Positions 56,695 to 64,000 of a DNA stretch of 64,000 bases are shown here, in pieces (position 1 is the stretch's first letter; each line of letters begins with the position of its first letter). Where the stretch lies: positions 186,001-250,000 of the forward strand of contig JAHDYR010000005.1 of assembly GCA_019828565.1 (NCBI GenBank). Reading direction: 5' to 3'. Made by a program: the position numbers and the translations under genes. Under the pieces are notes generated by a model that saw only the letters and a list, made by a program, of their open reading frames with translations, had not been told where the DNA came from and did not search any database. Source of the DNA: Carpediemonas membranifera BICM (taxonomy: Eukaryota > Protista > Fornicata).

Positions 56695-58756
56695 TTACAT
56701 CGACGATATTATTGTCTTCGGCAGCGACGAGGCCGAATATCTCGCGAACCTCGAAAGAGTCCTGGACCGTGCGCGTAAGGTCAAGCTCCAGCTCAATCGC
56801 GAGAAATGCCAATTCGGCAGGCAGGAAGTCGAGTTCTTAGGTTGGGTTGTCAATGATGGGCAGGTGAGCATCGCACCCAGCCGTGTAGACGACATCGCAA
56901 ATCTCCAGATGCCGACATCCATCAAGGGCATGCAGGGCCTAGTAGGATTCCTCAACTATTTCCGGGATCACATCCCCCATTTTGCGGAAATCGGACACCC
57001 GTTAATCGAAGCTATGTCCGGTCACACAAGTCTCGGCCTGACCGCCCAGCAGGAGGCCCTCGATAAGCTCAAGCAGAGCCTTACCTCCGCTGACGCCCTA
57101 GCAATTTTCGACGCCACGAAGGAGCATTCTATAATGACCGACGCCTCGGGAGTGGGGTACGGCGCAGTCCTATTGCAAGAGGGCAAGCCTGTCTGTTACA
57201 TGTCGAAGGCCTTCAACGCCACACAGTCTCGTTGGTCAACGATTGAGAAGGAGGCGTACGCCATTGTGGCGGCCTTGCAGCGCTGGCGCAAGTTCCTTGC
57301 CTGGGGACCTTTCTCCATACTCACTGACCACCGAAACCTTACCTTCATGTACCGTAGCATCAACCCGAAAGTCAGGAGGTGGGCCGATGCCATTTCCGAC
57401 TTGGACTTTGAGATTAAGCACGTCGCCGGCCTGGACAATGGAGCCGCAGATGGTCTGTCCCGTGTGTTTACTATGTTCACTCGCAAAGCTACGACCGATG
57501 ATATTGAAGAAGCACACACCACCGCCGGCGCCCATCTATCTCGACGCCTAACGACCGAGAAGCTTAGAGCCGAAGGGTTGTCGGTGTCGAGAGCCGCAGT
57601 CGACCAGGTGATTGCAGCTTGCCCGGTGTGCCAAGTCCTCGAGAGACCCCACGTCGATACACCGGATGGTCTGCATACCGCCGTTGATGAACCGTTTAAG
57701 CGAGTAGCCATCGACACCTTAGGTCCGTTCCCCAAGTCGCAGGGGTTCACGCACATCTCCGTCATCATAGATATGTGTAGTAGGTGGACCGAGTTGGTTC
57801 CAGTTACAGGTACGACTGCGCAAGCCGCAGTTACGGCGTTCGTTAATAACTGGGTCTTACGCTATGGCTGCCCCGAGGTCTTACAGACTGACGGCGGGCC
57901 CGAGTTTAACAATCAGCTCATGAAGTCCCTGGCCGACGAGATGGGTTTCCACACCCATGTTACGACTCCACATCACCCGCAATCTAATGGCATCGTCGAA
58001 CGGGCCAACAGTGGAGTTCTCAAAATCTTGAAGGCCAGAAAGTTCCATTTCCGGGACGCGGACTGGGTCAAGCACTTACCTGTCGCACAATTTATCGTCA
58101 ATTCGACGCCCAGGATACCCACTCACCTCTCACCATCCGAGATCATACTAGGTGTCAACATCAGGATCCCGAACGAGATCATCATCTGCACCCACTCGAC
58201 TAGCGCCAGAATACAGGACAGACGCGCGGCGGCTGGCCAAGCCATCCAGCTAGCGAAGGCTAGAATTCAGGCAATGAGAGAGGACGCTCTCGCAAACGCC
58301 GCATCGTCACGTCAGGAGTTACTGTGCCGGTTCGTGTTGGTCAAGTACCCAGCCAGACCTCCCAACAAGCTGATGCCAGGATGGCGAGGGCCCATGCGAC
58401 GGGTCAGTGCGGTTAAGAAAGATGGCGTGACGGTCGCCTATGAAGTTCAGGACCTCAACCAGGGAAGCCAAGGCAAGATATTGAAGGTCGACGCCTCGCG
58501 CGTACGCAGATTTAACCCTGGCAATCTATCCGAGCGAGAGATCAAGGACTTGGCCGCCACGGCGAACGATGAGTGGGAAGTGGACCGTATTTCCAAATCG
58601 CGAGGGAACGGAACACGAACCAAACGCGAATACCGCGTTCACTGGTCTGGTTTCGAGGACGAGGAGGCGACATGGCAGGATTGGGACTCCGTCAAGGACC
58701 TGGAAGCATTAGATATATATTTGAAGTCTGACCAAGCCAAACTGGACGGTCTATAA
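56695..58756 (+). pseudogene. pol: Gypsy I pol 3' part (RT-RH-IN-chromodomain)
   Basis: YIDD, TDASG, DTLGP, TDGG, VER, WEVDRI..HWSGF..ATWQ. Confidence 0.92.
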
Positions 58757-58798
58757 ATCTTCACCACATCTAATCGCTCCAGCGTCAAGTCATCAGAT

Positions 58799-59200
58799 TT
58801 ATTCGTCGTCCGACTCCTCGGTATCGGTCAGCTCGACCAACCAAGACGCGTCAGCGTGGCGCTCAAGATCGTGCTCAGCAAGATAGTCGCGCACACAACG
58901 GACGAGACCGAGATCGGCGTTCAGCCAGACGATGCTGAGGCCTGAGTAACCCTCATGCTGGAGTATGAGAGCGAAGGTCCCAGGTCCACGAGTCGTTTTG
59001 AGGAATTCATGACGGACAACACACGTCACGGTGTAGTAACGGTCCGGGTCCGAGACCTGAATAGGCTCCCAGTGGACCTCGTCACCGATCGCAGGCAGGT
59101 GACCCTCGCGACACAGCTCGTCGACCAGGGTCGCCCAGAAGGCGCTGGGAGCTGAGATGCAGCGGCTGATCCCGAAGAGTGCCACTCGGAAGTAATCGGG
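58799..59200 (-). pseudogene. 3' part of an antisense accessory gene of Gypsy I with chromodomain-like end, cut by the LINE
   Basis: YYTVTCVVRHEF...LILQHEGYSGLSIVWLNADLGLVRCVRDYL; convergent with pol. Confidence 0.6.
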
Positions 59201-59202
59201 CG

Positions 59203-62200
59203 AGAGAAAGAAAGAAATTTATGGTGCTTGGATTCTGACCCCGGACTGAGCTTGTTTCCCGTTGTCTTGGAGCTGAGTGCCCCGGGGTACTGCCTATTTC
59301 CCGTGGCAAACTGGTCAGCAGCGTTTGCCTTGGGCTTTCGGTGCTACTGTCTCCGCGGAAAGCCGATTCCAATCGCCCCAGAGGCCCTGCGGCCATCTCC
59401 GTGCAAATATGCTTTCCTGTCTCCCTGAAAGTCCGGCAACTATCCGGGGAGCCTGGGGGTCTGTCCTCGGGGCATTGACAGGCAGGATCGTCCTGCAGGA
59501 CCTTGACTATGACACTCCTTGCTTCCCTGCAGTCCTTGTAGAGCCGTTCAGCCACGGCACCCTCTCGTCTGTCCGGTTCCCCAATTCCATGCCCCCTCGA
59601 CTCTGTTAAGAAGCCTACCCGAAGGCGGGGAAAGTGACTAAGTCCATGCTGTCTACCCCGGTTAGGTGGCGTGGGTCAGCGGCAGCCCCAGGCACTAGGC
59701 CTGGTTGTCCTGTTACCCCTTACAACATTTCGCTTGCACTACATGTCCTTGGTTTCCCATGTCGTTAACAAGGGCGGCAGGGGCACCTGTGCCCCTCCGA
59801 CCCCCGTGGCCAGTCCCTGCAGTTTCCTTGGGGTCCCAACGAGTGGTGCAACCATATGAATATGGATTTCCTTGACCTTATCCTTGCTCTGTCCTTGTTG
59901 CATGTCCTTTCTTTCTTATTTCTGGTCTGTCCTTCCTGTTATTTCCTTGCAGTCGTTCCTTCCCTTGCTTTGGTTCCTGGCTACCGGGATACGTGGGGCC
60001 TTTCCTCACTGATCCCAGGAGCTTAGCACCAGCGAGGGTGGTCCATGGCTGATTCCTTGTCCATCCCTTCCCGGTCCTGGAGTCAGGGGTTCATGACATG
60101 CTTCTATTCCACCTTGAAGCTGTTGTAAACCTTTGCCAGTTCCCGTAGTCCTGCCGTGAGGCCTTCCCAAATGTCCTCCGAGCCCCATATTATTAGTTGC
60201 TGTAATTCTAGGATGGGTCTTTCCTGGTACCATTCGCCCTGGGGGCCCTGCCTTACTTCCAAGTCCTTAGTTTTGTGCTTCGCTGCTGTCCACAGCTTTG
60301 TCCAAGCTTCTCCCCTGTCTACTGCCGGGCATTCACAGATTATGTGCGCAGCCGATCCTAGCCTCTGGCCCTCTGCCCACTCCCCTGATCATTTCCTGCT
60401 TCCTTGCTGGTCCTGGCTTTTCCCTAATGATCCTGTAGAACAGGCTCACCTCCGACTCCCTCCGAGCATAGGGGGCATAGTCTGCTAATTTCTCTCTTCA
60501 GGTCAGCGCCTTGGGCCAGCTCTGTGATGGCTCTCATAGGGCCCTCCCTCTCTCTGCCGACGATGGGGATGGGCTGACATTGGCTGCAATGGATACAATT
60601 CTCTTCCATTCCGCCCTGCTTTGCCCCTTCCCAGCCTTTCGGTCTACCGTAGGCTTACCTTGCAGACACTTGCTTAATTTCCTTGTCCCCATGATTTCCA
60701 TTAGTCCTAGTGCCGTACGGCTTTTGCACCGCTTCATCCACCCCCTCCTGATCGTTTCCATGCCATAATCCAGTAGCGCTGGTTTAGGGGCTCCCTCTCT
60801 GGTGCCCTCCAGTAGATGCTGCACTCTCTCCCTAGCTTCCCACATAACCGTGCCTCGCCCCCATTCTCTGTTTCTGACTGGTATATCCTGGTCCCTGTAG
60901 TTGACTATCCTTTTGACTGCCAGCCATTCCATGTGTGCCTGGAGGTCCACCCATCCATTCATCAGCCTCATGGCTGCGCCCCCTCCCGGTCCTGTTCCTG
61001 CCATGATTCCCTGCCAGTCATTCCAGATCCTTCTACCTCCCGGTGCGTTCCCCCACACCTCGACTCCGAAGAGGATCCTGGGCCATATATATATTTCCAG
61101 TAGTAGCCTGCTCGCTAGTGCTGGCATGTTTGCCCTGGTCCACCCTGCCCATCTCACCAGTCTCTTGTACCTTTCGCTCTGCTCCTGTTTCCGCCTTATG
61201 CAGGCCGACATAGGGTCCTTCCCACTTGCGATCCATAATCCCAGGTATCTCGCCTCCTTCTCTGGCAGTAGTGTTACCCCCTCGATCCTGACTAGGGCTG
61301 TTCTGTCCACGCTAATCATTACATTCTTCTGGGCGTTCACCCTCATTTCATGCTCTCTGATTATGTCCACCATTATGTTGGCGACCATCTGGCTATGCTC
61401 CGGTTTGCTCCCTGTGACCGCAGTGTCATCCACAAACATGGTAAGTGCTGCCGGTAGTCGGTCGCTGAGGTGGCTCGTGGTCCTTGGCGGTTCTCTGATG
61501 TCGTACCGTTCTCCCTTGATTTTCTTTTCTGGCCAGGTGGGGCCAGTTAGCCATGAACAGCACAAACAGTGTCGGTGCCAGGACGCACCCTTGCTTAACT
61601 CCCCTGTTGGTTCTTTCCCATGCCTTTGCCCCCTTGACTGATATCCAGGTTTCCTTTATTGTGCCTTGAATTGCCCTGATCAAGTGCTCCTCCACCCCCA
61701 TACCCTGTAGCTTATCCATGAGAATGTCCCTTGGTACCGTGTCATATGCCTTCTCGATGTCCAGAAAGATTGACGTGGTCTCACCCCCCTCCTGGTGCCG
61801 CTGCACAATGTACTGTATCTGCTGGATGACGTCCCTGTCTGACTGGAAACCAGCCTGTTCTCTTGGTATGAACCTTTTCGTTGCTGCTTCCAGACGTATC
61901 TTGAGCAATCTACCATAGACCCTGTACAGCAGTGGTGTCAAGGATATTGGTCTATATGATTCCGGCTTGACCCTTGGCTTCCCTGTCTTGTGTATGGCCG
62001 ACACTGTGGCATACTTCCATGCTTTGGGTACGTCGCCCTCCCTGTAGACCCTGTTGATGAGCCTCGTCACTTCCCTAAGGCCTTTCTCATCCAGCTCTCT
62101 CAGCATGTCTCCAGATGTGAGGTCAGGCCCTGGTGCGGTGTCCCTCCTGATCCTTTTGATTGCGGCTTTGACCTCGCTTTCCTTGAACTCATTTCCGTCC

Positions 62201-64000
62201 CTGCCCCTCCATGTCTTCCAGGTGGGTTCCCTGCCTCTAGCATACTGTTGCAAGAGGATCTCGCTGATGGCCGCCTTGTCCGTGGTTATCACTCCGTCCT
62301 TGAGGAGGCTCTCCGGCATTCCCTTGTATTGGTTGTCACACCACCACCTTCTGATGGCAGCTTCCACTGAGGCCCTTGAGGCCCTATACCCCCTTTTTGC
62401 ACTTCTGCTGATGTCGGCCACCCATTTGGCCCTGCGCTCTCCCCAGTATTTCTCCAGCTCCTCTTTCATCCTTTCCTTCCTGGTCCTGTTGCCTATTTCT
62501 GTCCATGGGGTTCGCTGGAGTTCGCTCCACACTCCGTTCCCCGAACACTTTGTCCCTTGCCTTTGCTCCCCTGTTGTTCACTGGGTCGCCCATGCATGCT
62601 CTTATAGTCTCTTCCCATTGGTCCGAGCTCTTGATCCTGTTCAGCTTTGAGACTGTGACTGGCCCCTCCTTCTTTTTCATGGGCCAGGTGTGCACCTCGG
62701 GTATGGCCAGAGCCACGTCTCGCTCACTTCTGCCATAGTACCGTTGTTCCTTCCATGCTAGTGTGATTCCATTGTGTGCTGAGCCCCATACCCCGACCTT
62801 CTGAGACTCTACCACCTCAATCTCCGCCCCCTGGATTCCTGGTGTTGTCACTGCAAAGTCCGGGGTTGATGTTCCTGATGTGAGCGTCCCAGACTTGGGT
62901 ATGATGGCTTTGAGCCTGTGCTTCTCCATCATATCCTTCCACCGGGTGGATCTTTCCATCTGGCCTGGGTCGATGTTCCAGTCTCCCATAATTATGGCCT
63001 CCATGCTCCCTTTCATGTCCATGATCTTCTGTATAGTGTCCCTGAATCCATCCTTCTCCTGCTTGCTGTGGCCGGATGGAGGGCCATACACGTTGATGAC
63101 TAGTATGTCCCTGCCGGTTCTCATTATGCTGGCTTGCACTCTTCCCGATAGGCTGTCCGTTATGCCGATGTCCCACTTTGCAGTTGCGTGTGGGCTCACT
63201 ATCGTGCCGATGCCTTCCCTTGTTCCCTTCCATCTTGGCGCAGGTTCGTCATTGCCTGCTATGCCTAGTTGTCGGTTGATGCGGTGCTGACTTTTGACAT
63301 CCGCCTTTCGTTTTTCGTTGGCTAAGACCAGGTCCTCTTCCGTCTCCCTCCCTGCTAGTGCGTAGTCAAGGTCCATGAAGCAATGAACCCTCGTATTCGC
63401 CGTTCTCCATGTCTCTTGTATGAGTACTGCCTCTATGTCCTTCAACCTTAGCTGAATCGCCGTTGCCATAGACGCCGTGAAGTCCTTTCCTCTTCCTATG
63501 TGTCCCTCTGTGTTCAGACTAAGTATCTTGTAGGTTACCATTGCCTTTGTCCTGTTTCCTTATCCTGCGAATTCCCAGAATTTGGGAGCCCCAGCTTCCC
63601 GCTCCTCTCCTGCTATCCTTGTCCTAACAAGGGGCCTAGATGCCGGTCTCGGTGACCCTTGTCAGGCCAACCTTGTTACCACCTGGTGACCTTCCATTCT
63701 TCGGGCAGGGTACTTAGGAGGGGGACGATATGACGTGACCCCCCTTTGGCTGCCGCTACAGCCTACCGGCAGTGCATTTCAGCTAATGCCGGGCCCTGGG
63801 TGGGAGCCAGGGCTTGTGAATTATAAAGAAAATGATGCTTGTTCCTTGAAAGAATACTGCTTTACCATGTCCTTACTCCTCCTCCGTGGACTCCCCACTG
63901 CCGCTGCAGCTGTCCTCGGCCTGACTCACTTGCTGTCCTTGTAGACTCTGCATTACCGTGATGAACTGGGTCATCAGGTCCATGGGTGAGATCTGCTTGG
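59203..64000 (-). mobile_element. Non-LTR retrotransposon (LINE) with APE-RT ORF; 5' end probably outside the window
   Basis: (TTTC)n-like 3' tail near 59205-59218; endonuclease and RT motifs. Confidence 0.82.
60006..63541 (-). pseudogene. LINE ORF2: apurinic endonuclease and reverse transcriptase, several frameshifts
   Basis: LSLNTEG, IQETW, INVYGP, MGDWN, SAHN; APGPD, YRPISL, QAGF, LDIEKAYD, GVKQGCVLAP, FVDD, RYLG. Confidence 0.88.

Noticed and set aside
59082-59555. 157-aa ORF as a LINE ORF3
   Set aside because: No motif, and it runs across the LINE/Gypsy junction.

Overview
Eukaryotic DNA, probably from a protist (28-29 nt spliceosomal introns), made almost entirely of nested mobile elements. 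The only host-type gene found is one tRNA-Ile(GAU). (1) Two related large cut-and-paste DNA transposons with CATACTGT termini and TAGATWATCTA subterminal repeats. One runs from <1 to 12502 and encodes an 871-aa CMC/Transib/RAG1-like DDE transposase, a PHD-finger protein, an OTU-like protease and a degenerate tyrosine-recombinase-like protein. The other (47775-56694) is a complete transposase-less derivative with 28-bp TIRs and a TT target duplication, inserted just before the YIDD motif of a Ty3/Gypsy RT. (2) At least five Ty3/Gypsy families; every integrase seen ends in a chromodomain. The four with visible LTRs have tiny ones (76-112 bp). All four visible 5' LTRs are followed by a 10-12 bp perfect palindrome instead of a tRNA primer-binding site, and two families carry an antisense extra gene ending in a degenerate chromodomain. 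(3) Five DIRS/PAT-like tyrosine-recombinase retrotransposons plus one fragment, joined head-to-tail or flanking the tRNA. (4) A frameshifted APE-RT LINE at the right end. All calls come from reading motifs and repeats by eye; no database search was run.
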